Shown one piece after another: positions 11,846 to 25,664 of a DNA stretch of 64,000 nucleotides. Under the pieces are notes generated by a model. The model searched no databases. It saw nothing but the letters and a program-made list of their open reading frames with translations, and was not told where the DNA came from. The stretch spans positions 48,980,001 through 49,044,000 of the forward strand of contig OX597824.1 in assembly GCA_951406725.2 (NCBI GenBank), in the 5' to 3' direction. This stretch comes from Octopus vulgaris. Its lineage: Eukaryota. The translations under genes were made by a program, and so were the position numbers. Within the stretch, counting starts at the first letter, position 1. The number at the start of each line of letters is the position of its first letter.

Positions 11846-12307
11846 CATCTTTTCTGTTTATCAATGTTGAATAGGGACAGCAATTGCAGCCCTCCCATGC
11901 TATGTAGCTTCATGGAGTTCCCGACTATTGAGACCTGCTGGGCGGTGGCATATGCGAAAGCCCCTTCTAAGTGAGATGGATTTATCTCCTTTTCAACGGT
12001 TCCAATTGTGTCCGGATTTATGTACGATTTCTGTTCAGTAGTCAGCAAGTGGGGAAGTTCATGTCTCCAGAACACCGACTAAATTTTTCACTTTTGTATC
12101 AAGTGAAGTTTTTAGGTTCCTTATTCGGCCAAGCAAAGTTTGAAACGTCAGATCCAGTTAAGGTATGGTCCAGGCTGTTCCACGAGTTTCCATTTAATCC
12201 TGTATGTCGGTCTCCCTTCTTTTAAGCACCATATGTAGTTGGCCAAAGATTTACGTTGCGCTTCTCTGGGATCCTAAAGGAGGACTGGTGATTATTTAGT
12301 CCTAGCT
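11846..12307 (-). mobile_element. Penelope-like element fragment (GIY-YIG endonuclease C-terminus plus downstream sequence)
   Basis: NNHQSSFRIPEKRN...YRIKWKLVEQPGPY...KLCLAE resembles the PLE NNHxSSF...IKWxI...CxLCLxE pattern; decayed. Confidence 0.7.
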
Positions 12308-12495
12308 TAAAGTGGCCCTCCATCTATGTCTCCTTGCGTTGTCGGTGCTGCTGCTGTTGTTGATGATGATGGTGATGCTGCTATCACTGCTGTTGCTGCT
12401 GTTACTGCTGGACACGTCGCTGGTGCTACTGTTGTTGCTGCGGTTACTGATGGACACCGCCTCTGCCTCGTAAACAACGTGTCCATAACCAATGA

Positions 12496-12514
12496 CTACA
12501 TTATATATTTATAC

Positions 12515-12588
<74 letters not shown>

Positions 12589-12677
12589 CATACATATATA
12601 TATATATACATACATATATATATATATATATACATACATATATATATATATATACATACATATATATATATATATAC

Positions 12678-12740
<63 letters not shown>

Positions 12741-12749
12741 CATACATAC

Positions 12750-12786
<37 letters not shown>

Positions 12787-12831
12787 CATACATATATATA
12801 TATACATATATACATATATATATATACATAC

Positions 12832-12887
<56 letters not shown>
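12496..12887. repeat. long (TA)n/(TACA)n microsatellite
   Basis: Directly visible; one of many simple repeats (CA, ATC, AAT, GAA, TACA) in 1-16.4 kb. Confidence 0.95.
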
Positions 12888-12889
<2 letters not shown>

Positions 12890-12942
12890 AGAGAGAGAGG
12901 GGGAGACAGACAGACAGACAAACATACATACAAACATACATA

Positions 12943-13455
12943 CGTGATTGTTTCATCTTGTGAGATGATAGCCATCCCATCAACACGTACACCATACCTC
13001 ATCACACAGTACAATAATTCCATTGATGAGTCCTTCGATGACTTTTAAGACCAGCTGCTGATTGACAGGGTTTAAAACACAATTGACAGATATTATGTAA
13101 GTTTCTTCTATATCTTTGCCCTTTGGAATCTGATTCTGAAGGAATGTTTTTGTGAACTAACATGTCTTTTAAGTCCAGATATTGTCTTACAAGTTTTTTT
13201 TACATATAACATAAGTCATAAGAGGTGGTTGGTGTCCCAAATCATTACCTATCTGGGTATTTCGATTTTCATGTGACTTCATATGGTTCATGTATCCTAC
13301 TTTTGACAACAGAGCACGATCACATATAATACATACCCTATGTTCACCGTTGATTACAGTTCTAATTGTTCCTTTACGACAAGTTCTTTCAAGTTCAGAG
13401 TGCTGAATCAACTTTTCCTCCCAGGTATTACAACCAGTCGTAACAGCACCTCCCC
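12943..13455 (-). mobile_element. 3' end of an RTE-like LINE with three C2H2 zinc fingers
   Basis: CIICDRALLSKVGYMNHMKSH, a degraded second finger (..ICKK..SGLKRH) and [21 protein letters not shown]; bounded by (TACA)n. Confidence 0.6.
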
Positions 13456-13488
13456 ATATACATACATACATACATACATACATACATG

Positions 13489-13731
13489 CTGAAGATCAGT
13501 GAAAGAGAGAATATCTACACTGAACTATTGAGAAATCTGCAGTTATTCTATCCAGATTACAAGTTCAGGTTTATACCTGTAATTATTAGGGAACTGAGAT
13601 ATGTAACACACTGCCTAAATGCCAATCTTGAGAAATTAGGCTTCTCAAAACCATAAAGGAGAAGGCTAATTCGAAGACTACAGATCCAGTCCATCACTGG
13701 AACTGTAAAATTCTGTAAAACTTTCCAAAAG
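13489..13731 (+). mobile_element. restriction-like-endonuclease retrotransposon C-terminal fragment (second family)
   Basis: KISERENIYTELLRNLQLFYPDYKFRFIPVIIRELRYV...LEKLGFS resembles the K..Y..L...PVIIGALG tail of RLE elements. Confidence 0.6.
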
Positions 13732-14166
13732 CTTTCTCCACTTTTTGAAAAAGTGGATTTTGTGTTTCCCTGTTCGAAACGAAACCTGCTTTCTTTAGAA
13801 GAAGGTGCTTATATCAAATTACACCCTCGTAAGTAGCTGCTATCGGTCAAAAATAGAGATTTGAGATTTGATTTGTAGAGGTTAACTGTCATGATGGGCC
13901 GATTTTTCAGTTCAGAATTTGACGACACGATGAAAGTCTGCTCCATTGGTGAAAATTAGTCATGTGACCTGCAAAACCGTTCGGACTGAGAAAACCGGAT
14001 TAGACAACGACAAAAGTCTACTACTAAAATGTATCAAAATAACCAACTCGTGAGTAAATATACATGCATTTGGTGGTAATATAGACACATATTGTGCAGA
14101 TATGCACACACTATTGTGTGGGTACATACATGCAAACATACATACATACACACATACATACATACA

Positions 14167-14204
<38 letters not shown>

Positions 14205-15647
14205 TATACATATATATAAGTTAGGGCTAAGTCAGTTACATCGACCCCCAATACTTAACTGTTACATATTTTATCGACCCCGAAAGGATAAAAGACAAAG
14301 TCGACCCCGGCAGCATTTGAACTCAGAGCATAAACTCGGACGAAATGTCGCTAAGCATTTTGCTCGGCGCGCTAACGATTCTGCTAGCTCACCACCTTAG
14401 AATTACAATATAATGTCGGCATTTATTTTGAGTTTGTTGTTTATAGCACTTTCATTCTAATTACATACTTAGACAATAGTTATATATGTAGAAGTCAAAC
14501 ATGCTTGTTTCTCCCTTTTCTCGGCAAACGCAAAAGATGTTACATCTTGTTCTCTCTTTATATAGAATTCAACCACAAAAGGTCATTGTACAAGTCTAGT
14601 CCTTGTACAAGGCGCGTTTTGAACGAAACATCAAATTGCCATGTTCCACCAAGTCACGTATGCTCATATGCCTTATTTCTTTCTCGGTAACACTTTACCT
14701 TCACGCTACACGAGTAAAATAGGACCAACTCAACTCAAGAACATCTTTCTTTATTAAGCTATTTCTACATCTTTAACTCAAACTTCTACTAACGAACTCT
14801 TTGACCATACATGTTCTTATAACACATTGATTTATAGTGTTACATGTGCTGAGAGACGCCTAATTTCCTAATGGTATATAAAATATAAAAGGAAAGTATT
14901 ATAATTTATCTGTTGTGTCTGGGGAGAGTCATTTTCTTTTTGTGCCTTATATTACACATTCACCGGTAAAATTTAAAGAATCTTGCAAACCAAATCCAAA
15001 AACGAAATATTATAATTAACTTATTCATATTATATTTGCGTATCTATATCTCCTAAAAACCTCAAAACGCAGACTGAAGACTAAAGTGGCTAAATCTGTG
15101 AAAGGAAACATTTTCGCTTTCCAACCCAAAACATGTCAAGTACTGATCATCTCAACCCTGGCGAAAGGAAAAGTAAAGTTGATTCTCGCCCTATTTGAAC
15201 TCAGATGTTAAGATATTCAATTGCTTACGTTTTCTGCTATTCCAATGCTTCACAATCAGTGTTAATCATAGAATGACTAGCTATTGGTGTTTAGTCACTT
15301 AGTAAATTCTGATCGCGTAAATTTATGATCAAATGCTTTCCAGCCACGCCCATCCCGTCTTTTTGTATATCAAGGATTTTGTTAGTGTATTTCCACTTTA
15401 TTTTAAATGGTGGTATGTAATTTGAGGAGCAATATTTGCTTGATTATTAATATGGCCATTTATTATATATCAATTATTATGTTGTTACAATGGGTAAGAA
15501 ATATACAACCTCGTCGAGTTTTTTGTATGTACACAGCTTCTTTCTAAATCTGCAGTTCATTCTGTATGATAGTAGGTAGTTTCATCGCTGTGACTGCTGC
15601 AGAAAGACCGAATAAAACGAATATAGATAGATAGAAACAGTAAGAGG

Positions 15648-15882
15648 AAGGTGGCGAGCTGGCAGAAACGTTAGCACATCGGGCGAAATGCTTACCGGCA
15701 TTTCGTTTGCCGTTACTTTCTGAGTTCAAATTCCGCCGAGGTCGACTTTGCCTTTCATCCTTTCGAGGTCGATAAATTAAGTACCAGTTACGCACTGGGG
15801 TCGATGTAATCGACTTGATCCCTTTGTCTGTCCTTGTTTGTCCCCTCTATGTTTAGCCCCTTGTGAGCAATAAAGAAATAAA
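15648..15882 (+). mobile_element. Meta/MESC-like SINE with a 13-bp TSD
   Basis: TSD aaacagtaagagg at 15635-15647 and 15883-15895. Other copies lie at ~14220-14398, 44157-44370, 45172-45368 and 48710-48912 (all minus). Confidence 0.88.
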
Positions 15883-18800
15883 AAACAGTAAGAGGTCCAC
15901 CTTTACGCGTTGATCAACATTCAGAGAAATGTTACTCTGACCATGAGACCGGTCAATCCAAAGAGTCAGAAAACTATTTAGCTTGTGTATTTATAGCTTT
16001 TGAAGTTTAATTAGGTCAACCGGAAACAATAGGATTCTTCACTATATCAGATTTGATCGATGGATGTCTCGAAAAAGGCCTAAGAAGTCAGTTTTTTCTC
16101 AGTAATCTCTTAGTTCAAAAAAGGCTAAGAAAATAGGCCGAGAACTTGTTTGACAATGTGGAAAAATGCAGATTCGCTTGTGTCATACTTTTCTCAGGTT
16201 TCAAATGTGATATTGTTTTCATTATCTACATTTCAACGATGGGGGTTTGTATTTTTATTAGAAACCAGCTCCTTCCTCGGCTGAAGAATTCAAATAATTA
16301 AAAACAGAAGAGAACATACATACATACATACATACATACATACATACATACATACATACATACATACATACATACATACATACATACATACAGGGTGTTC
16401 ATTAATTATCTTTACGACTTCCATAGTTTATTGTATCTATTAAAGTATTACAGTTGAGAGTTATCTTTATTTTTCATTTATTCCTGATTTTTTTTAAATT
16501 GTAAAGCTAATTTATGGATAACTTGTATGTATGCGTGTATGTATGGATGGATGTGTGTGTGCGTGCGCACACACACACATATATGTAAATGAGTATTGCA
16601 ATTTGCTTGAACTTTGTTAAGGAATATATGAAGAATTTAGAGTACCGCAGTAACGCAGTTGGTAGAAAATTAACTACATTTAAGATCAAAAACAAAGTAT
16701 ATTTAAAATCCTGGTATTTCAAGTATAATACTCCTTATCAAAACAGGGGTTATCAAGTCTCTTTACTGTGTTTGCTCTTAAGAGTTTCTATAATAACAGC
16801 GAAAATTGGGGCAAAAGATTATATTCCAGGGACTGTCTTTGATCAGGTATCTGTTGTCGTGTGTGTGTGTGCGAGATAAAATATAGTCCGCTGAATTCTG
16901 TTATACAGTGGCTGATGGAGTGATCAAATTACCCAGTAGGTTTCGTCCAATTCCAGACGGCTATTAACGATTGGTTGGAGTTGTTTATATGATCAGCGTG
17001 TTTATGACTTTTCGGTTTGAGGCTTTGGTCGTAACTAGGAGATGCTGATTATGGAACTTATCCAGGTGTTTTTAGACCAATGAGATATATGTATAAAGAG
17101 AAATTCTTTGACTCAAAACGTGCCTGTATCGTTTCACCGCACTTGGTGCACTCAATCTTGTTATGACATAAGTTCTCAAACCAGCGTGCGTAAGTTGCTG
17201 GTATCAAGGAACTGTTTCCTATGGACTTTAGCAGACTGTATGGAACCATTACAGTTAAGAACTGGATAAGTATCATAGTTCAGTTCGTTAAAAACTTAAC
17301 GATTATGCTCCAGTTTCGTCAACTATATTAGAAATGCAGTCAAGTATAGACTGTCGTACATAAAATGATGAGCTGACAATAACTTTTTAAATCAGTTGAG
17401 ATTATAACAATAAGAAGGAAAGGTACTAGTGTTAATGGAAGTTCCACTCTAAAGAGACGAGGGAGAGAACTCTCGAAAAGCCAATTCATCAAAAACTGAA
17501 ACTGAGTTATGCAAGGTGAGGAATGAGTCCGACCTTGGCTGATGTGGTGACAAAGCCGAACATGTTTTGTTGTCAAACTAAGATTCATAAATAACAACTG
17601 TAACTGACAAGATCTTAGAATGACAATGTGAAGGTAAGTAACTGAGTAGGCAAATAAGGATAACATCAATGGAAAAGTTCGCAATGGTACATTACAAATA
17701 TAAAGCCCCTAATCATCGTGCCTTCCACTTGGAACCATCCGTCAATCACCGATTGTATCAGTAGCAATCTCATCTTGACAGTCATTGGCATCTCCATTGT
17801 ACTGCGAATTCAAATCGCAGAGAATAACTTGAACCATTTAATACATTAGCAGTGTGTTTCTTGCGATGAAGGAGACCTTTAAGGATTAAAAGGAGGGAAA
17901 ACATACTGCCAGGTTTAATAAAAATTCAAGTTTCAAACTTTTAACTTTTGAACTTTTCTAAACCATACCGAATCAAAGACTCTCAAACTGTAATTTCTAT
18001 GTTTTCTCATTAATAAAGAGAGAGTGGAGGAATAAAAAAATGTTCACCAATATTTGCGGTGAGAGTGGGGTGCTGTTCGTTAGTTTGAGATTGGCTGCCT
18101 TAGAATAGTGACTGCTCGTTTATGTAATGTGACTCCGCCGCTATATTCCGTAATTAAGTTTGGATATTTTATAATTTAACTGAGGAAATAAAGAGCCTAT
18201 CATTCCATCATATGTATATACATACATGCTTACATATATAAGTACACACCTACGTGCACACATGTGTGTGTGCGCGCGCATACACACACATATGTATATA
18301 CATATATATTTTTATATAAATACATACATAAACACGTACATACATGCATACAGGTATACATACGTACATATGTGTGTGTGTTTGTAATTGTGAAACTGAC
18401 AGCCAACCTCATTATAGACAGGTAAAAAAAAAAACATTGTCCTAGTTCGCCCACTCTTTTAATCTCCATTGTAAAACATATAACAACGCTATAGGAGATT
18501 TGCCTGGTATTTTACTTATTTCTGTACAGACGATCATATAAAATTAAAAAGTATTAGTTAAGAGACAACAATATTGCCAATATTTTATCAACAATAAATT
18601 TATTGTCATCAGTAACTTCGTCTTTAATGTGAAATGACATTCAAAACTCAAACGAAATGTATAAATACCTAACGAGTCGTTTAATCGGAATGGTGGGATT
18701 CTCGGAATTTTCTCTTAAACATCGGATATACTTTGTTTCTTTTTTTAACAAACCATATAGGAAAAAAAGACATCAGAAGAAAGATTAAAAGAAACAATTA

Positions 18801-21800
18801 GTTTGTTACATAAATTAATTAAAATTTTCACCGTTCATATTTTTTATTTCATCGAGGCATTTAATTTCAAATACAGATTAAATAATTTTATAAATATTTT
18901 AAAACCTATGTGGCTGTTGTTTCTTTCCTCTTCCTTCTATATTTGCTAAGTAATACTATGTTTGATGTAAGTGTAACAACAGGAGTCACAATTTTTTTTA
19001 CATCTTCCACGTCCTCATTTATTTTATAGTAACATTTTTTTTAGTCTATAAATTGAATAATTTTGTACATATCTAAAAGCTGATATGGTTGTCCTTTCTA
19101 TCCCTCTCCCCTTCTACAGGTTTGCTATGTAACATTACGTGTGACACTAATGTAACAGAAATAATCAGAATTTGGTAGTACTTGATGTAAGGGACATAAC
19201 TCTTGCTGACATTAGAAATGGCTGACTGTAACAAGCGGAAAGGTAGAAATAGAAAATATTCATCTTTTACTGTTCTTGTTATTTTTAATATAAAACTGAA
19301 AGTGTAACTATTTCAATTGAAAGCATATCGTGTCCGTAGTTGTTGTCCCTACTTTGTAAGTAAAATTCCAACCCAGAGTAGACATTTGTAAGCCGCATAA
19401 CAAGCAGCACATGTTGAGTTTTGTATCTTAATTGTGCCAGTAAGTCATATTTGTTTTTTTTAAATATTTCCATCTGAATGTACGATACATTCTTCATATT
19501 ACTATCATACTTTATTTTCTTTTCTTAGTTTTCACTATCGAAACAACTACGCATTAGTAACTGGTGAGAAAATAGAGCTGGACTTAAATCTGTGATGGAA
19601 AGAATCAGTTCTGTTTCTAATTCATCGAAAAGTCTTATTTTCTTCTTCACGTTGCCCACTTTGGTTAACCTTCTAAGTTTCGTCTTAATAAAAAAAAAAA
19701 CTTGTTATATTTGATAAATTATTTTCAACAACTGTTAATTTAGTTACGAGTTAAAAGGGGTTTTTATTATTATTATTTTACGACTGAAAACAAAACAGTT
19801 AAAGGTTATTCCGTATTTGATTTCTTTTTATAAACAACTAACGGTCAGTTTTGTATCTTGAAAGTAAATTATCAATATAATAACTGCAACAGTCGATTGA
19901 CTTTACTAAATCCATAATAACTGGACTTAATGTGTCAATTGTTGAAAATATACTTGTCTTGAATTGTTTCGATATTCTCGTGACCTTCACTCCATTTGTT
20001 ACATGTATCAATTCGAAAAACATCAATACACACATATATACATATATATAATCAAAATTCTCCTCTGCAATATATGTCATTTTGGATAGTGAGAGAGAGA
20101 GAGGAAATACCTGTCGAGTTGGCTTAGATAATATCTGACTTCTTTGTTTCTCTCTACTGTTTGATTATGTAAAAACTGAATTGTTGATTTTTTTTTCCCT
20201 CTCTCTCATCTAATTATAATCACTACTACCAACATCTGAACATTTTGGGGATCTGAATTGATTGATACGGAGAGATCTACTCTCTCTCTCTCTCTCTCTC
20301 TCTTAGATTTTAATTGAAACCAAATGTCTTAATTAGTGCTGACACACCACTGTCATCAAACTTCCTCATTAATACCGACTATGTTAATTGCATCTGAAAA
20401 TAGATTAACATCAATTACCTATCTCTTCCACTTCTCTCGCCTTTTAACAATAAATTCGCCGGCATCAACTCATGGATTTAGTCCTTTAACTTAGGAAATT
20501 CACTCTCCCCGCCTCTTGCAACACTTTCATTAAAGAACATTCCTGCATCCTGCAAGACTGTTTTATAGATTTTTATGATTTGTTTTGTTCTTATTTTTAA
20601 TCGGATTTCTTTGGGGGAGGCTGTTTCTATATTTCTCTTTCCCTCTCTGAAGCTTTTGTTTGTATACTTTTATGGAAAATTTCCCGATTCTTATTCTATT
20701 GATTGGATATATTACCTTTTTTTATAATGCATAATTCCTGCTCGGTGTAATATTTATTGTCAGTGGAATGTGACTGCACTCAAGAGAAAGTCGTTTCTCT
20801 ATCATTATTATTATTATCTTTCTCTCTGACTATTGTTATTGCACACACGCACTGTTTACTGCAATTTAATTATTTAATATGGACTTCTACCCACGAGATT
20901 ATGGATATATTGGTGGCATTGTTTCCCAATAAATTGACAGCATTGTTTAAAAGACAAACAAAGAAAAGTAATAATAAACCCCGGAAAGCTTCAATTACAG
21001 ACTTGTTGGCATTTCTCTATATATTTGGTAACAAAATAGATTGTGTGAACGGTTGGACTTTTTTGTTATATCTGTAGGAACGAAACTAACTTCCTTTCAC
21101 GCTAATGCAGTATATCAGAAAGTCACGTTGACATAGAAACTATTAATAAATTATTTATTTTCCTAATAATACCATCCTCATTACACCTTTGCATCAATTG
21201 ATGGGGAGAACTAGAGACGATTTTAATTGTTATTCTGACTATCAAGAAGATAATCAAAACAAACCTCATTGTTATCTGATCCTGGAATATTTACCCAATC
21301 TATTTAGAAATGTCATGGCTGAATGGTTACCGTATCTACTCGTGAATTGTGAGTTCAAATCGGCTGTGAGCGTTTCGTTGTGTTTCTGAATAGATTGTTT
21401 TCAATTAGATTCTGTTAGTTCATCTAGCTGTCAAAACTGGCACCAAATTAACTTGGGATGTTAACAGAAAATACTGGTACATATACTTTAAGCATTAGTA
21501 CTGCTTAACCTTAACTCAGCTATTCAGAGGGTAACTTCACAGATTTAGTCTTGAAAGATCTAAATATATATGAAGGGCTGATCATACTCTGAAAAAAAAG
21601 AAGCAAATCAAGGCTAACTCTTGTATGTCCATTTCCAGATATTTCTACATTTATTCAGCAAAAATCAGCTGATGATTAAAGTTAATATGGTACCTTCTTC
21701 ACCATTTCCTTTGTACAAGGAAACTATGAGAAATAAATGTAAAATGTTTGTAGATATTATTAGACAGAAAGAGCAACAAACACTCACTGGCAGGATTCTA

Positions 21801-22386
21801 ACCAAATAACTATCACTTATGCTACAACATAATTAGTTGCCATATATTATTTTGTGTACCATTTTATTTCTACAAATATCTTTCTTGATTCACGTAATAT
21901 GTCAGCCATTGCTGCTCAGCACAATAGTGTATTCTAATAATCTCCAATATGAAAATATGGCACTTCAGTTTGATGTTTGTTAGTGCCATTATGCTATTAT
22001 TCTAAAGGGAATTTATATCCCACTATAAGGTATTGCAATAGTGCTCGTTTCACAGATAATATGTCAGCCACTGGTGTTACACTGGATAGTGTTCTAATAA
22101 AGTTCAGTATAGAGGTGTCACACTTTGCTTGATGTTCACAACTAGCTGTTAGTTTATAATTCAAAGAGGAATTTAGACCCCACTAAAAGGTGATTCAATT
22201 ATACTTAGATACAAAATTATTATCCTTTCTAGATCATTATTGTGTTCAGACGCTAACTCATGATGACTTCAGCATTGGGTGTTCTTCCACAGACCCCTGT
22301 AGTCCACTAAGACTCTGCTTGCCTCCAGCTTCCAAAATACATATTCTTGGGGCAACACTAAAGGGTTAAGTAGGAATATATATATA

Positions 22387-22436
<50 letters not shown>

Positions 22437-22702
22437 TTGAAGTAAATCTGAAGTATAAATAGCATAAATGAGTGCTATTGAAGCAAATATAATTGTGTTA
22501 ATCAGATTCAAAGAAGTCCATTAAACTGTGATTAAAGCATCAATGCTTATAGTCATACAATTCACACCAGTTCCAGGAAATAGGCAATTATAAATTCTTA
22601 TGAGACGTAAAGCTCAGTTAAAAACACAATGTAATGCTTTATAAGCCCTCTGTAAGGAAATCTGGATATGCTGCTCCAACAAATCAATTTTGTGTACTGT
22701 TA

Positions 22703-23020
22703 AGGTGTATAGCTCAGTTAGTCAGGCCCACAATCATAAGGTGAATTTGATTCCCAGACCGGACTGTTGTGTTCTTGAGCAAGACACTTTATTTCACGTT
22801 GCTCAGTTCACTCAGCTATAGAAAGGAGTTGCAGTGTCACTGGTGCAAGCTGTAATCAGCCTTTGCTTTTCCCTTGTATAATATTGGTAGCATGGAGAAG
22901 GGTAGCTGGTATGCATAGCCAACTGCTAGTCTTCCATGAAAGAACCTTGCCTGGACTTGTGTCTTGGAGGATAACTTTCTAGGTGCAATCCCATGGTCAT
23001 TCATAACCAAAGGGGGTCCT
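22703..23020 (+). mobile_element. tRNA-derived SINE (Nin/Deu-like), CpG-decayed
   Basis: tagctcagttag A-box followed by a body homologous to 2683-2940. Confidence 0.75.
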
Positions 23021-24344
23021 CTCCTCTTTAAGCGAAAAACTAAACACTTTTAATATCAAGCCTCCTTCACAGAGACCATTGTATTGTTCTTCCCCAGACC
23101 ATCCCCTTATTGACATCCATCACTCTTTCTCAAGCAAATATATAGCTGTCATTATTGTATCTCTTCCATTACTCTCACTAGCTCTGTCACTCTTCCATCA
23201 CTCCTCATTCACTCTATTTTCTCCATCATACCCCTGTTCCTCCCAAACTACTCAACCTACCCCCTCCATCTCATTACTCCCACTTTTATTCACCCCTCCT
23301 AGGTCAAAGTGCTTTTAATAAACAAGGACACTGTAAGGTTGAGAAGGCCCTTTATTCTAGTCAAGGACATGATAAACTTTCTAGCCTTGGTACCACAATA
23401 AAATACACCCAGTACACTGTTTAAAGTGGTTGGTGTTATGAAAGGCATCCAGTCATGAAAACCAAACCAGAAATGAAACAAGCAATATGATCCTCCAACC
23501 TATCTGGGAGGTTATTAATTCTGAGTCAGAAATCACTTGAATTATAACAACACACCTAACCAATACTGGCATGGAAAGCAGATCTAAAATGAGGATCATG
23601 AGGACAACTACAGTAAAGCTAAACAAAAGTGGGTTCAAAACAGTTGACGCATCCTGTCAGAACAGTTACGCTGAATAGTTAAGATATTGATTCAAGCTTC
23701 ATGAATTCATCTACAGCTACAGTCATCATTTTGTTGTTCCTTTTACCAAAACCCTACATCACCTTATATCGAGCAAAAGAATGAATCTCTTTAGTTAGCA
23801 GATAAATCTCTCCCTCAAAGTATACATCTATTCTCTTTTTAAAAAAAGTAGTCTCTGATTGTCTACAAAAGAAAAAGATGATCATGGCTGTGTGGTAAGA
23901 AGCGTGCTTCCCAACCACATGGTTCCAGGTTCAGTCCCATTATGTGCCACCTTAAGCAAGTGTCTTCTACTATAGCCTCGTGATGACCAAAAACTTGTGA
24001 GAGGATTTGGTCGACAAAAATTGAAAGACTCGTATATATGTATGTGTGTGTATCTTTGTGTATGTGTTTGTCACCCACCACCACTTCACGATTGGTGTTG
24101 GTGTGTTTACATCCCTGCAAGTTAGAGGTTTGATAAAAGAGAACGGACTTTACAAAAAATAGTATATACTGGGGGTCAATAAGTTTAATAAAAATTCTTC
24201 AAGGGAGATAAAAGATGGCTGGAACAACCTTGATCATAGGTTTGCTGGATTAGGGATGACTTAAAGCAATGACCACAATAAATATACCAACCTTGCTTTG
24301 TAGTAAAGTGGGTATGCAGCAAATATGTTAAATATTTCATTTAA

Positions 24345-24564
24345 CCCTTTAGCATTCAGATTAATCTGTCAAATGTAAAGCCTGTTTAATTACATTGTTT
24401 TAAATTAATTGTACAGCATTTTGTAACTCTGAAATTTTGATGATATCCCTGTTTATTTTTAGAATGACTTTGCAGGGTAGGTGTGAGAGGTCAGAGCTGG
24501 CTGGTTTGAGCATAAAACAGAAAGACAATTTTGGCCTGATATAGCCGGTTTAAACACTAAAGGG
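24345..24564 (+). mobile_element. piggyBac-like MITE (220 bp)
   Basis: TTAA|CCCTTTAG...CTAAAGGG|TTAA. Confidence 0.85.
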
Positions 24565-25664
24565 TTAAAAGTACTCATTGTTTTTTCACTGATGGACCAT
24601 CAATGTTTCAGGTCCAGCTACAGATCTTGCATTGATTTCACTGTGATATGATAGAACTGTAATCATTATACAATATTATTTCTTAATACTTGGAGTAGAT
24701 ATAAACCCACTTATTAAGAAATATACATTGCTTAATTGGTAAAGAAGACTGTGTGGTAAGAAGCTTGCTTCCCAACCTCATGGTTCAGTCCCATTGCATG
24801 GCAAGTGTCTTCTACTATAGCCTTGGATCAACCAAACCTTTGTGAGTGGATTTGGTAGACTAGAACTGCAAGAAGCCTGTCGTGTGTATGTGTACATGTG
24901 TCTTCGTGTCTGTGTTTGTCCCCCACTACCATTTGACAACTGGTGTTGGTGTGTGTGCATCCCCATAACTTTGCAGTTCAGCAAAAGATCCCAATAAAAT
25001 AAGTACCAGGTTTAATAAAACAGCAAGTACTGATGTCAATTTGTTCAACTAAAAGTTCTTCAAGGTGGTGCCCCAGCATGGCCACAGTCTAACAACTGAA
25101 ACAAGTCATTATCGTTGTCATCATTTTTAATATTCACTTTTCCATGCATGCATTGGTCACAATGGAACTCATTGGAACAGATTTTCCATCACCAGATGCC
25201 CCTTCCAGTAGCCAATCCACGCCAGTTTCCAAGCAAGTTTCCATATTCACATGACCAGATATGTTTTTTTCACAGAAAATTGGAAATGAACAACATTTGT
25301 ATGACGGTAACATTTGATTACAACATCACACAATGTTAAGACAAGGGTACACACACACGCGCATGCAAGCACACACACACCACATATCCACACATATATA
25401 CATACACACTTAGACCTAGGTCTAGAACTCATAAGTCTAATTTTTTCACTGGTGTCCATAATCCAGGTGTGGTGTCATATTTTCTTAGATTTTAGTAAAT
25501 AAGTTATGAATATACTAAATTATTAGTTTCCTACTCTGTGGCATCTCAGGCAAGTGCCTTCTACCATAGCCCCGGTTTTGGCTGACCAAAACTCTTGTGA
25601 GTGGATTTTATAGACACAAACTGAAAGAAACTCCTCATATATACATACATATATATACACATAT

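Noticed and set aside
12326-13048. 240-aa ORF and overlapping YIYI ORFs (similar ones at 6977-7950)
   Set aside because: (TA)n/(CA)n repeats lack stop codons; artefacts.
19525-20470. Phase-compatible minus-strand mini-exons (MPANLLLK.../REKQRSQ.../TKLRRLTKVGNVKKKIRLF...)
   Set aside because: Weak splice sites, an in-frame stop just upstream and no recognisable homology; plausible by chance.
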